From a virus (taxonomy: Duplodnaviria; Caudoviricetes), in the IMG/VR virus record IMGVR_UViG_3300037045_000078, positions 1 through 35,108 of that record: a stretch of 35,108 nucleotides of DNA, one strand, 5' to 3'. The translations under genes and the position numbers were made by a program. Below are positions 16,778-25,696 of the stretch, piece by piece; position 1 is the stretch's first letter, and each line of letters starts with the position of its first letter. Under the pieces are notes generated by a model, which saw nothing but the letters and a program-made list of their open reading frames with translations, was not told the DNA's origin and did not search any database.

Positions 16778-18237
16778 CAGTACACCTCCCCGGTTACCCG
16801 CCGCACATACTGTTGCACATAAATTCCCACTCCGCTGCACAATCCAAGAAAAACCTTCGTAACCAAGAAGCTGGTTATCGTCGGCAATGTCGCGGTCCTT
16901 CCCGTGGCCCATCTGCCAAAGGTTATGAGCCTGTTCACAAGGAGCCGCCCGACCACGGTCTTCAGTTTCGGTTTCCGTATCATATGGGGCACGAGTCTGT
17001 CTGCCAGCACATAGTACCCGCGTATCTGTCGAGGCGTCATAAACGCATCCCGGTAATCGCGGGCGATCTGGACCTGTTCGGAGTGTCGTCCGTGGCAGCA
17101 CGTTACAATGATGCAAGAGTCGTCCAGTGCCGCTGTTGCGCCTCCGACTACTCCGCCGATAATCCCGCCGATTGCAGTGCCGACGCCGGGAAAAACCCAT
17201 GTTCCGGCTGCCGCTCCGGTTGCTGCGCCTCCCACTACTCCACCGGCTATGTCCTGTTCAGTCTCGCCGCCCTGGCCTAAAAGAACGGCCTTTCCGACAT
17301 CGTCCCTTACGCCCGTGGCCCCGAGGATACCCGAGCCCATGGCACCGAAGCCAGCGGGACCGGCAAAGGAGCCGAGGGTTGACGCTCCCGCTTCGACGAC
17401 AGGGGCAGCCGTACCGACAACAGTGTCAGCCGCGATCGGCGCGGTGCTGGTTATTCCTGATCCTATGCCTTCCGCTACCAGGCTCGTACCTACCTCGCTT
17501 GTCGGGACAACCGACGCGCCCAATTCCGTCAATCCCACGTTCGGCGCAACGGCTTCCATGGTGTTCGCTATGGGAGCGACGCCCACGCCTTCAACGCCAC
17601 CCATCATTTGGGCTGGTGCCGGTGCAATAGCCCCGCCGGATTGTACCGATGGAGCTGCGAAGGGGCCTGGCGTTACCGGTGGTGTCGTAACCGGTCCCGG
17701 CAGTGTTGACGGTGCCAGTTCAAGGGCTTGCATATCCGCTGCGCCGCCGTATCCGGCAAGGGGGCTGCCTTCCGGCATGAGGGTAGGCTGGCCTCCGATG
17801 GTCATTTTCTCACCGCCCACGGTTGTAAGATTGCCGTTCAGCTCCATGGGCGGGCCGCCGACGGTCTTCAACGGTTCTCCTGTCGCAGATCCCCCAGGGG
17901 TTGCCGCCGGATTCATCTTCTTGTCCAGCCATTTATAGCCGTAGCGAAGGGCAGTATTGCCGATAGTGCCGCCTATCCCCTGCATCATCTTCGCGTCTTC
18001 CGCCTTCTGCGCAGCGTGTTCTCTCCGCTTGGTTTCGGCCATCTCGCGAATACCCGTCATGGTGGCCTCTGCCTGTACCCTGTTTACATCCGTACCGGTT
18101 TTGAGGGCCGCCGTATACATGGCCTCCATCATTTCGGGCGTGACGACGGTACCTGTTGCTTGCATCTGCCGCATTTTCGCCTCGATCTGCTTGAGTGCGT
18201 CCGGCGACATCCCGTAATTTTTAGTTTGTGGTCTCAT
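16777..18237 (-). CDS. Putative ejection/pilot protein with glycine zipper and CFI-box-CTERM-like C-terminus (486 aa)
   Basis: G/A/P-rich body, GGVVGGAATGAAAG..GTAIGGIIGGVVGG zipper, then CIIVTCCHGRHSEQVQIARDYRD..GYY. AAGGAG SD. Confidence 0.7.
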   Translation of the reverse strand: MRPQTKNYGMSPDALKQIEAKMRQMQATGTVVTPEMMEAMYTAALKTGTDVNRVQAEATMTGIREMAETKRREHAAQKAEDAKMMQGIGGTIGNTALRYGYKWLDKKMNPAATPGGSATGEPLKTVGGPPMELNGNLTTVGGEKMTIGGQPTLMPEGSPLAGYGGAADMQALELAPSTLPGPVTTPPVTPGPFAAPSVQSGGAIAPAPAQMMGGVEGVGVAPIANTMEAVAPNVGLTELGASVVPTSEVGTSLVAEGIGSGITSTAPIAADTVVGTAAPVVEAGASTLGSFAGPAGFGAMGSGILGATGVRDDVGKAVLLGQGGETEQDIAGGVVGGAATGAAAGTWVFPGVGTAIGGIIGGVVGGATAALDDSCIIVTCCHGRHSEQVQIARDYRDAFMTPRQIRGYYVLADRLVPHMIRKPKLKTVVGRLLVNRLITFGRWATGRTATLPTITSFLVTKVFLGLCSGVGIYVQQYVRRVTGEVY

Positions 18238-18249
18238 TGTGCGTCTCCT

Positions 18250-19902
18250 TTACTGCCGTAATGTGATACCGGTTATTGTCTTCCATGCTCCGTTTATTAA
18301 AATCTTGATAGCTTCTATCAATTTCCATGCTCCCCCGATGTTGATTACCGTGACTACTTCGCCGTACTCGAACCCTCGAAGCGGCGCACGGGCAATCGTA
18401 ATGCCATGAATGGCATCGTGGACCGTGAGGCTGACCGGAGGTATAGGGGCGATATGATCAATAGTAATGTCGTGAATGGCATCGTGGACCGTGAGGGCTT
18501 TAGGTAGAATTAGCGTAAGGTCAATGCCTCCATCAATGATAACGCCGTGAACCGAGTCATGGACGGTTACACTGTATATGCCAGGGGCGACAAGCGTCGG
18601 GGTGTCGATGGTAATGCCGTGGATCACGTCATGAACAACCAGCGGGATCTCGCGGATCAGCAATACTGTACTGCCGGTAAGGGTAAATGCCCCGGGAGAA
18701 GCGGCGAGAAGATATGATTTTAAGAATGTTGCAGCCGTTCCGGTTACGGTAAACGCCCCTGGGTCAACCGAAAGGGCCTTGTTCGTAATAAGGTTAATAT
18801 TGGTAACGGAAACGCCGTGAATAAGGTCATGGATGATCAGGTCAAGGGTTGTATGGGTAAATTCAACGTCCTGGCCGGTCAGGGTAAACTCGCCCGGTTC
18901 TGCCGCGACGAGGCTTGATTTCAGAAGGCTTGCCGCTGTGCCGGTAAGGGTATATTCTCCCGCGCCAGCCAATACCAGGGCAGATTTTAAAAGGCCCGCC
19001 GCTGTTCCGGAGAGGGTAAACGCACCGCCATCCGCCGTAAGAACGTATAGGCCCGCCGTCGTCTTGGTCAGCGTCACATCTGAACCGGTAAAGGTAAACT
19101 CGCCCGGTTCTGCCCCGACAAGGAACGACGCGAGCAACGAAGCCGCCGTGCCAGTAAGGGCATATTCCCCCGCGCCAGCCGATACCAGGGAAGATTTTAA
19201 AAGGGTGGCCGCCGTGCCTGTTTCGGTAAACGCGCCGCCCGTTGCGGTGAGCGAATATGCGTTGGGGGCCGGTATCAAGGCTATCTGGAAGGTAGCCATC
19301 ACGCCCTCGGCTACCGTGACAGTCGTTGTACCGACGGCCCCGGCTGCGGCTTTCCATCCTATCGCTAAACCAACCGAGCCATCGTTGCCCGATGTGTCAT
19401 TGAAATCGAGAATTTCCCCGAGGCTGGAAAGGTTGCCGTTTGACCAGCTTGAAAAGGTGGTATTGCCACCGTGCATGGCCCCTGCGATTACCAGGGCGTT
19501 GGCAACCGATGTCGTTATCGTAGGACAAGCAATCGAAGTGCCTGACACCGGGTTGTTGCTGGCGGAGGTATCTACGGGGCTATCGGATATCTTGCAGCCA
19601 CGGAAGGCTACAATGATAGCGATAGTGTGGTCGCCTGAGTCGGCGATGCTTGGAGCTGATTCGGAAGCGCCGGCCCTCTTCCAGTAGACGTGCGCCCTCG
19701 TATCCTGGGCGGTGTCAAGGTGGGAGCGTCCCTGCTGGTCAAGGATAACGGTCCAGCCAGCCGGATCGGTAAGATCCTGCGCCCTGTCCGTCTCCACGAA
19801 CATGACAAAGATATCATTCTGCGCCCAACCGGAAGGCAGGCCAGGGGTTACAATCCCTGTGCCCACCCCTGGTTGCCCTGCGCCTACGTAGGTTATTGCC
19901 AA
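18250..19902 (-). CDS. Repeat-rich tail fibre/appendage protein (550 aa, TTG start)
   Basis: N-terminal beta-rich domain, eight Gx(F/Y)xxTG-type repeats, five HDxxH repeats, C-terminal GGAWK..NGAWK. Confidence 0.7.
   Translation of the reverse strand: MAITYVGAGQPGVGTGIVTPGLPSGWAQNDIFVMFVETDRAQDLTDPAGWTVILDQQGRSHLDTAQDTRAHVYWKRAGASESAPSIADSGDHTIAIIVAFRGCKISDSPVDTSASNNPVSGTSIACPTITTSVANALVIAGAMHGGNTTFSSWSNGNLSSLGEILDFNDTSGNDGSVGLAIGWKAAAGAVGTTTVTVAEGVMATFQIALIPAPNAYSLTATGGAFTETGTAATLLKSSLVSAGAGEYALTGTAASLLASFLVGAEPGEFTFTGSDVTLTKTTAGLYVLTADGGAFTLSGTAAGLLKSALVLAGAGEYTLTGTAASLLKSSLVAAEPGEFTLTGQDVEFTHTTLDLIIHDLIHGVSVTNINLITNKALSVDPGAFTVTGTAATFLKSYLLAASPGAFTLTGSTVLLIREIPLVVHDVIHGITIDTPTLVAPGIYSVTVHDSVHGVIIDGGIDLTLILPKALTVHDAIHDITIDHIAPIPPVSLTVHDAIHGITIARAPLRGFEYGEVVTVINIGGAWKLIEAIKILINGAWKTITGITLRQ
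18407..18496. repeat. 24-nt identical direct repeat (LTVHDAIH x2)
   Basis: tgaatggcatcgtggaccgtgagg at 18407-18430 and 18473-18496. Confidence 0.9.
18847..19260. repeat. Imperfect 210-nt (70-aa) tandem duplication within the fibre gene
   Basis: ggtaaactcgcccggttctgcc starts at 18883 and 19093 (offset 210); the protein units align. Confidence 0.9.
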
Positions 19903-19913
19903 TCAAGCACCCC

Positions 19914-20324
19914 TTATTCCAGGGTGAAAATTGATGCTCCGAAATCAACCTTGAATTTCTCACCGGCTGAAAGAGATATACTTGAACCATAATTCCACCA
20001 GCCGATAAGGGCGTCGCTGCCATGATCTTCATTGTAGAGTACTGCGTACTGGAAAGGTCCGACGGCCCCTGATGCTGTCCATTCCACATCAACGCCCGTC
20101 ACCGTCAATACCCCGCCGGTACGGCTTACGTCGTTCTGGATGTCGGCAGCGGCATAACCGTTTTGCTCGGTAATACCGGCAAGATCACCTTTGCCCGCGT
20201 GGCTGGCTGCGTTCGGGGCGTTGTTGGTAAGGTATACCTTTACCTGATTGCCGGCTGCATGCAGGTGATGCGCCCCTTTGGCCAGTTCTTCCACGAAACT
20301 ATTAAATTTGTTAAACGTTGCCAT
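19914..20324 (-). CDS. Small tail-fibre-associated structural protein (136 aa)
   Basis: MATFNKFNSFVEEL..GPFQYAVLYN..LIGWWNYGSSISL..FKVDF, a pattern recognised from phage fibre modules. AAGGAG SD. Confidence 0.65.
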   Translation of the reverse strand: MATFNKFNSFVEELAKGAHHLHAAGNQVKVYLTNNAPNAASHAGKGDLAGITEQNGYAAADIQNDVSRTGGVLTVTGVDVEWTASGAVGPFQYAVLYNEDHGSDALIGWWNYGSSISLSAGEKFKVDFGASIFTLE

Positions 20325-20336
20325 GATATTCTCCTT

Positions 20337-20747
20337 TTATGTCGGGTAATGTATTGCTACTTTCCACGATGGAATTGACACAAGGCCCCCTTCAAGCAGC
20401 TCCAACGGGGCGCACGTTGTCACGCAAAATAGGTCACGGTACACCCAGGTACCTTCCTCGATCTTCCACCACACAAGGGCTATATGGGTAGCTGTCCCGG
20501 TTACCGTGACGGGCACATCCTCCACCGCCGGTATCACCACCTTGCGCCCGTCAGATCCATCGGCCTCGGGTGCAGAATTAGCCAGGCTAACAGCTGCGAT
20601 CGCCAAATTGTATGTTTGCCGCGCCTCTGCCGCTGAATTGGGCTGCTGTGTGCATACGCATATTTCAAAGTTATACCCGTAATCATGGTGTTGCTTGAAT
20701 CTGATTAGTGCATAGTCGAGGGGTAAATCACTTATCCACTGCGCCAT
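20337..20747 (-). CDS. Tail-fibre-associated protein, paralogue A (136 aa)
   Basis: Start MAQWISD at 20747 with AAGGAGG. Motifs ICVCTQQP, GRKV, TGTATHIAL, VTTC, IPSW. Confidence 0.7.
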   Translation of the reverse strand: MAQWISDLPLDYALIRFKQHHDYGYNFEICVCTQQPNSAAEARQTYNLAIAAVSLANSAPEADGSDGRKVVIPAVEDVPVTVTGTATHIALVWWKIEEGTWVYRDLFCVTTCAPLELLEGGLVSIPSWKVAIHYPT

Positions 20748-20865
20748 GGTGTGCCTCCTTCGCTGCCTTTTTCCCGGTTTCACCCGATGTAGTTGATGAA
20801 GTACCCAATATGATGTTCCTTACTTTTAACGTCACTGGCTTGATCTGCTGTGGTGTATTTTCCAT
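20728..20865 (-). CDS. Small 45-aa protein missed by the ORF track (MENTPQQIKPVTLKVRNIILGTSSTTSGETGKKAAKEAHHGAVDK)
   Basis: AAGGGG SD; fills the gap between the two paralogues and overlaps the next start. Confidence 0.65.
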   Translation of the reverse strand: MENTPQQIKPVTLKVRNIILGTSSTTSGETGKKAAKEAHHGAVDK

Positions 20866-20876
20866 GGTATTTCCCC

Positions 20877-21272
20877 TTACCCCTGATGTTGCTCGTCAAG
20901 TTCGTCCGCCGGAGCGCCCAGGACGACTGTCCAGGCTGGTATCGTCACCTTGCCGTTTTCCGGGAGCGTTTCAGTGTCGCACGTTGTCACCACGATAAGG
21001 TCGTTGGCTACTGTAACGGCAACATGGGTTGCGTCCCCAGGTGCGGACACGTCAAGGCTTTCAATCATGGGTATGGTAATTTTTACCCCCGCCACGATCA
21101 CCAAATCAGCACTTTGGCGCGTTGCTACCGCGAGGGCGTAGGTCGATTCGGCCTCTTCCTTTGTCGTCGGCTGATCGCTGCATACGCATATTTTTACAGT
21201 TTGCTCGCCCCCTATGCCCTTGATTCGCTGGTAAAACAAGTTATAAAAGTTTGCTGGAGACCATTTTCCCAT
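20877..21272 (-). CDS. Tail-fibre-associated protein, paralogue B (131 aa)
   Basis: ICVCSDQP, ATHVAV, VTTC, IPAW shared with 20337..20747. AAGGAGG SD. Confidence 0.7.
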   Translation of the reverse strand: MGKWSPANFYNLFYQRIKGIGGEQTVKICVCSDQPTTKEEAESTYALAVATRQSADLVIVAGVKITIPMIESLDVSAPGDATHVAVTVANDLIVVTTCDTETLPENGKVTIPAWTVVLGAPADELDEQHQG

Positions 21273-21284
21273 TGTTCGCCCTCC

Positions 21285-21923
21285 TTACGGCGTGTACTGA
21301 AAGTAAATTGAGGCTTCCGGGACCGTCGCCGGGTCCGGTGGGGCACCGGTGCCGTAGAACAGCGTTACCCGCTGGTACACGGTTGGCCAGGTCGTGCTTG
21401 CTATGGCGGTTCTCGCCTTTGCTTCTGCGGCTGCTCCTGTGCCAAACCACGCGGCGCAGCACTCCTTCACCGCTCCCGCTCCAAAGGCAACCGTTCCGGT
21501 GCCGGTGAATACCTGGTACAATCCAGCCGAAAACGAGCCGGAAAAGGTCAGCGTCACGCCCTCCGCTACGGCGTAGGTGACGCCCTTCGGCACGGTTACA
21601 TTCGTCGTCACGGTCCTGTCGGCGGTAATTGCGTACTCGCCCAGGACAATGTCTTCGATGGTGATGTTGTCAATGGTAAGGGTTGCAGCTGCCCTGGTGC
21701 AGACGATCTTGAACGTTTGGTCTACGTTGTAATCAAAGGTATCGACATAAAAGGTGTACCGGCCTGCCTCGTCGGATGCTACCCCGTTGATCGCTTCCGC
21801 GCTGGCTATTGACGCGTACACGCTCGCCTGGGTCGTTGTCCCTGCAAGGAAGACCGAAACCGACGCCCCGGCTATGATGTTGCCGTGCTGGTCGCGGACC
21901 GTTGCGCTGTATTTTCTCCGCAT
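21285..21923 (-). CDS. Short tailspike-base/adaptor protein (212 aa)
   Basis: Tailspike-like N-terminal anchor (VRDQHGNIIAGASVSVFLAGTTT..SDEAGRYTFY), AGLYQVF..WFG neck, C-terminal GTGAP..IYFQY. Confidence 0.65.
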   Translation of the reverse strand: MRRKYSATVRDQHGNIIAGASVSVFLAGTTTQASVYASIASAEAINGVASDEAGRYTFYVDTFDYNVDQTFKIVCTRAAATLTIDNITIEDIVLGEYAITADRTVTTNVTVPKGVTYAVAEGVTLTFSGSFSAGLYQVFTGTGTVAFGAGAVKECCAAWFGTGAAAEAKARTAIASTTWPTVYQRVTLFYGTGAPPDPATVPEASIYFQYTP

Positions 21924-21925
21924 TG

Positions 21926-24730
21926 TTAATCTCCTTCACTGTAGAGCCATGATTGATCTTGAGCGGGATAGTCGCCCTGGTTCGGCTTCACTCGTTGATG
22001 CTCGATCTCGAAGTGGTACATCATGGCCAGCGGTTCAAAGGCTATGGCCTCGTCGTCACAGGAAAATGTTACCTTGCCGCTATGGAACACCGCGTACGGA
22101 GATTTCACCTTGGCGATCATGTTGGCTACCCTCTTGCCGTGCGCCCTGGGTGCCAGGGTAATGGCCCTGTCCATGACAGCCACGTTCGTATCGAGGTAAT
22201 GCTGGTAAGTTATGTTCTCGTCCGTCACTTCCTTTGCCACACAAAGGAACTGGATCTGTTCGCACTTCGTCTCGATGGTCACATCACCGGTCAGGGCAAC
22301 ATCACCGGGCCACATGGTACACTCGATATCGTCGCCGTCGAAGCTGGTGCCGTGTTCGAGACGCTTTACATGGCCATCGGCACAAACGCCGTAATTGTAG
22401 TGCTTTTTATACTGATCCTGCACGGAAAAGCCGAATTCAAGGCCGTGGTTGCCCCGGGCGATCTCGTACCATTCCAGCTTGTGGAGGTTAAGGACCATTT
22501 CTTTTCTCGTCCCCTCGACACCGCTCAAGAATATCCAGTGGTATTCGAGGCGTTCGTAGTCCATGAAGCCTACGGACTTGTCTATGACGTCGGGCTGGAT
22601 GTAATCGGCGTGGTTTGGGTCAAAATATTGCTCGATATCGTTGCTGACAATGCGCGGCGGCCTTCCGTCGCTTAGAAAAACGCCGGTCGTTCCCTGCCCT
22701 ATGGCTATGGTCGTTCCCATCCCCGGTATGGAAATGGGAAGATTGACAACGCACAGGGTATCGGGCGCAGCGAGGCCGTCATAACGGCTTAATTCGTGAC
22801 GCTTCCAATCGGGACCGTCTCCGGTTAAAAGGTAGGTGGCCGTTTTCTTGAATACTAAAATAGGGCTGTAATACTCCGAGCCCTGGATGGCAAAAAGGTT
22901 GCAGCCGCCGGTGATGGGGCTTTCGTCTCCCATGGGAAACGATACGTGTTCCGAACCGTTCATGACCGTGGGCCGACTTACCGGAGAACATTCCAGCATA
23001 TTGTTTTTCACAATGAAAAGGCGGTTCTGGGCGACAAAGGCCCGGATGTGTCCCGTCAAGGTAACCGGGCACGGAATACCGAGGATGCAATCAATCTTGA
23101 CGTCCGTGGTTGACAGGCTGATGCTCCAGTACACGCGGTAATAGTAAAGCTCCATGTCGTTGTTGACGCACGTCTTGAATTCGAGGGCTGCGCCGGGCGG
23201 GTCCCATGTGACGATCCCTGATTGCCATAGCGATCGTCCTCCGTTGGATGTGCCGTCGCGGATATTTGCGCAGGGTACCCAGGTTGTGCCGTTGAAATAA
23301 TCGACGCGGATTATGGCGCTTCGCCTGTTCCGGCAATCCCTGGCCATGGTATGTTGCAGGCCGGACAGCCGGACGTGAGAGCCATAGTACATATAGTCAG
23401 TCGCGGCAAAGCTGTTGAGCTTGAGGATAAGGTCGGGGTTGTCTACCCAACCGCCGTCACCGCCGGCCCACTGCTTTATCGAATCCCTGGCTGCCACGTT
23501 CATTGTATAGTCGAGGTATTTGTCATTCGTGGGGCTTTTCCACGCCTGGAGGATCGGGACCGGTGTTCCATCCCAAATATTGGTCAATGGCTGTATGGGC
23601 GCATGGACTGTGACGAAAAACAGCACGGGTCTATTCGCGCCGGAGGTCGGTAAGTTGTGAAAGCGGAAGCGAAACCAGTAGAGCATCCTCCCGAAGATGT
23701 GGGAAGGTTCTGCCGGTGCGGCTGCCGTGAACATGACGGAGCCGGTTTGTGACAGGGTTTTATCGCTTACCGCCGTTTCGTCGGTGTTGTTGACGGTCTG
23801 CATACCGCCGCTTGCCCAATAGGCTGTTTCGCAGTTTATCGTTGCCGGGGTGTAGCCCACCGGTGTCTGAACGTAGAATTTCGCGCCGTCAATCCTGTAG
23901 GGTGAGCCGATGTAGACGTCGGCGTCGTAATGTCCGCCCTGGCTTCCACCGCTATGGTAGGTAAGGCCCGTCACAATGGCCACGTTCTGATCATCGGTAA
24001 AGGTGTTCTGCAAATGGTCCGTGAAGTCGAACATATCATCCATGTCCGGCAAAGGAAAGGCTGTGGCGCTGGCGTTCACCACGGCACCGGCCTTGTGTTC
24101 ATCCCCTGGCCATATCAGAATGTCATGGCTGTTCGCGTACACCAGGGAGCCGTCGGTTGTGAGGGAAAAAGCCCCGTGAAGGGTTCCCTCCCGGCAGATC
24201 CACACGGCGGTATTGTCCGCGATCGTCGCAAGCGGCGTTGTCGGCCACTCCGGCTCGGTGGTCCCGTGGGTGGTTCCCGCCTTGATGCACTCGTAATAGC
24301 AGCCGTTGAAGGTTCTCGGGAAGACAGCCCGGCCTTTGGGCGTAACGGTGTTGGCTGCCCACGGTTCGGCAACGCTGTAAAGCAGATCGCCGAAGTCGTC
24401 GGGGTTTGGCGCGTCGCCGTCGAGGGTGTAAAGACGCAGCGAATTCTCCGCGTAATTGTATGCCTCCACGACAACATGGCTTTCGTACGGCTCTTCTTTC
24501 ACAAAATGAATGGAGTTTCGTATCTTTGCCGGTCGCCCCTGGGTGTCCTCGAAGGTCAACGGCGAGCTGGTAATCTTTGTCATGCCAGCCACGGCCCGCT
24601 TGTGTGTGCCGGTAGGCCGGAGGTTCTTCAATTCCCGGAAGTTCTCGCCAACGACGACAGGGTCCAGGGCTTCAATGAGCTTCCCGGTCATAGGGATCGG
24701 GCGTATCTTGTACGGTATCGGTTCCGGCAT
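21926..24730 (-). CDS. Tail nozzle/stabilisation protein (P22 gp10/T7 gp12 position) with inserted domains (934 aa)
   Basis: Size, position after the adaptor and beta-propeller-like C-half (QNRLFI, ILVFKK, GVFLSDG). Inferred mainly from synteny. Confidence 0.65.
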   Translation of the reverse strand: MPEPIPYKIRPIPMTGKLIEALDPVVVGENFRELKNLRPTGTHKRAVAGMTKITSSPLTFEDTQGRPAKIRNSIHFVKEEPYESHVVVEAYNYAENSLRLYTLDGDAPNPDDFGDLLYSVAEPWAANTVTPKGRAVFPRTFNGCYYECIKAGTTHGTTEPEWPTTPLATIADNTAVWICREGTLHGAFSLTTDGSLVYANSHDILIWPGDEHKAGAVVNASATAFPLPDMDDMFDFTDHLQNTFTDDQNVAIVTGLTYHSGGSQGGHYDADVYIGSPYRIDGAKFYVQTPVGYTPATINCETAYWASGGMQTVNNTDETAVSDKTLSQTGSVMFTAAAPAEPSHIFGRMLYWFRFRFHNLPTSGANRPVLFFVTVHAPIQPLTNIWDGTPVPILQAWKSPTNDKYLDYTMNVAARDSIKQWAGGDGGWVDNPDLILKLNSFAATDYMYYGSHVRLSGLQHTMARDCRNRRSAIIRVDYFNGTTWVPCANIRDGTSNGGRSLWQSGIVTWDPPGAALEFKTCVNNDMELYYYRVYWSISLSTTDVKIDCILGIPCPVTLTGHIRAFVAQNRLFIVKNNMLECSPVSRPTVMNGSEHVSFPMGDESPITGGCNLFAIQGSEYYSPILVFKKTATYLLTGDGPDWKRHELSRYDGLAAPDTLCVVNLPISIPGMGTTIAIGQGTTGVFLSDGRPPRIVSNDIEQYFDPNHADYIQPDVIDKSVGFMDYERLEYHWIFLSGVEGTRKEMVLNLHKLEWYEIARGNHGLEFGFSVQDQYKKHYNYGVCADGHVKRLEHGTSFDGDDIECTMWPGDVALTGDVTIETKCEQIQFLCVAKEVTDENITYQHYLDTNVAVMDRAITLAPRAHGKRVANMIAKVKSPYAVFHSGKVTFSCDDEAIAFEPLAMMYHFEIEHQRVKPNQGDYPAQDQSWLYSEGD

Positions 24731-24739
24731 GGCTTACCC

Positions 24740-25696
24740 CTATATGCGATACTTGCTGCTTGCTCCGCGCCCCTTGAGCTTCGTCGCCACTCTCATTTGT
24801 TCAATGTTGGCTGTCTTGCGCGGACCGAAAACAGCGGTGAACAGTTCAAGGTGTGTCATGGACCGCTGCAAGTCGAGGGTCTTTTTCCCGTTCTTCTTGT
24901 AGGCCAGGTAACACACGTAGTCGATAAGGTCTCGGTGGTACTGCTCCGGGATCTCCGGCGAGGACGATACAATCACGGTTGCCCCTGCTGCCTCGTCGGT
25001 AATGGTGTCGGTGTCGATAACCGTCAACGCTCCGCTGGTCACGACTGCAATCGTGTAGTTTCCGTCGTTACTCGCAGATCCGCTGACGTTCACGGTGGCC
25101 CCTGGCTGGTAGCTATGGGTCTTGAACGAACCGGCTGCCCGGCGTATCTGCTTTGTTCCAGCGTCAAAAGAAATGTCTATCCCGTATTCGGGTACCGCCA
25201 TGGGAAAGCGCGGGAGAAGGGCAACGGTAAGGAAAAGGGTGTAGTCAGCGTCCGGCATTGGCCACACAAGTAATTCCGTGCCTATCTCCGAGATAAGATA
25301 CTCCGGCCTCGTTCCGGTTCCGTCATAAATCGAGAGCGGGCCTTCGAGATCCGCAAGCTGTTTCCTGGTGACGATTGCAATTTCCGGGTAATTCGTGGAC
25401 AGCCTCGCCGAAATGATTTCGATAATCTTCGGGCTTCGGGCGTACTCGGCAATACCTTCCTTGAGGTCAATTACGCAGATATCGTCAGCCGTTTTGTCGG
25501 GCAGGGCGTCATTCGCAGTGCCGAAAATGTCGTCCGTTGCCCGGTATCGCAAACAAAGGGAGCGGGCTGCTGCCTCCCGCTCCGCCTTGTTGAAATAGCT
25601 GGTTAATTCCTCGATGCCCCAAAAGTGTTCGGTGGCCTCGTCTTCCAGCGCTGTCCACGCGCCATCGTAGCCGACAATTAAGTCGTAGAGCGTCAT
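24740..25696 (-). CDS. Head-tail adaptor/connector protein (318 aa)
   Basis: HFW..ELTSYFNKAEREAA, LLVWPMPD..LTV..LP, PEIPEQYHRDLIDYVCYLAYKK pattern of podoviral adaptors. Confidence 0.75.
   Translation of the reverse strand: MTLYDLIVGYDGAWTALEDEATEHFWGIEELTSYFNKAEREAAARSLCLRYRATDDIFGTANDALPDKTADDICVIDLKEGIAEYARSPKIIEIISARLSTNYPEIAIVTRKQLADLEGPLSIYDGTGTRPEYLISEIGTELLVWPMPDADYTLFLTVALLPRFPMAVPEYGIDISFDAGTKQIRRAAGSFKTHSYQPGATVNVSGSASNDGNYTIAVVTSGALTVIDTDTITDEAAGATVIVSSSPEIPEQYHRDLIDYVCYLAYKKNGKKTLDLQRSMTHLELFTAVFGPRKTANIEQMRVATKLKGRGASSKYRI

Noticed and set aside
16778-17200. N-terminal extension of the 585-aa ORF
   Set aside because: Overlaps the 486-aa gene; SD and TGATG overlap support a start at 16777.
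18250-19902. Fibre repeats as DGR template/variable repeats
   Set aside because: Both copies are in frame within one gene, differences are not adenine-specific, and no reverse transcriptase is in the window.
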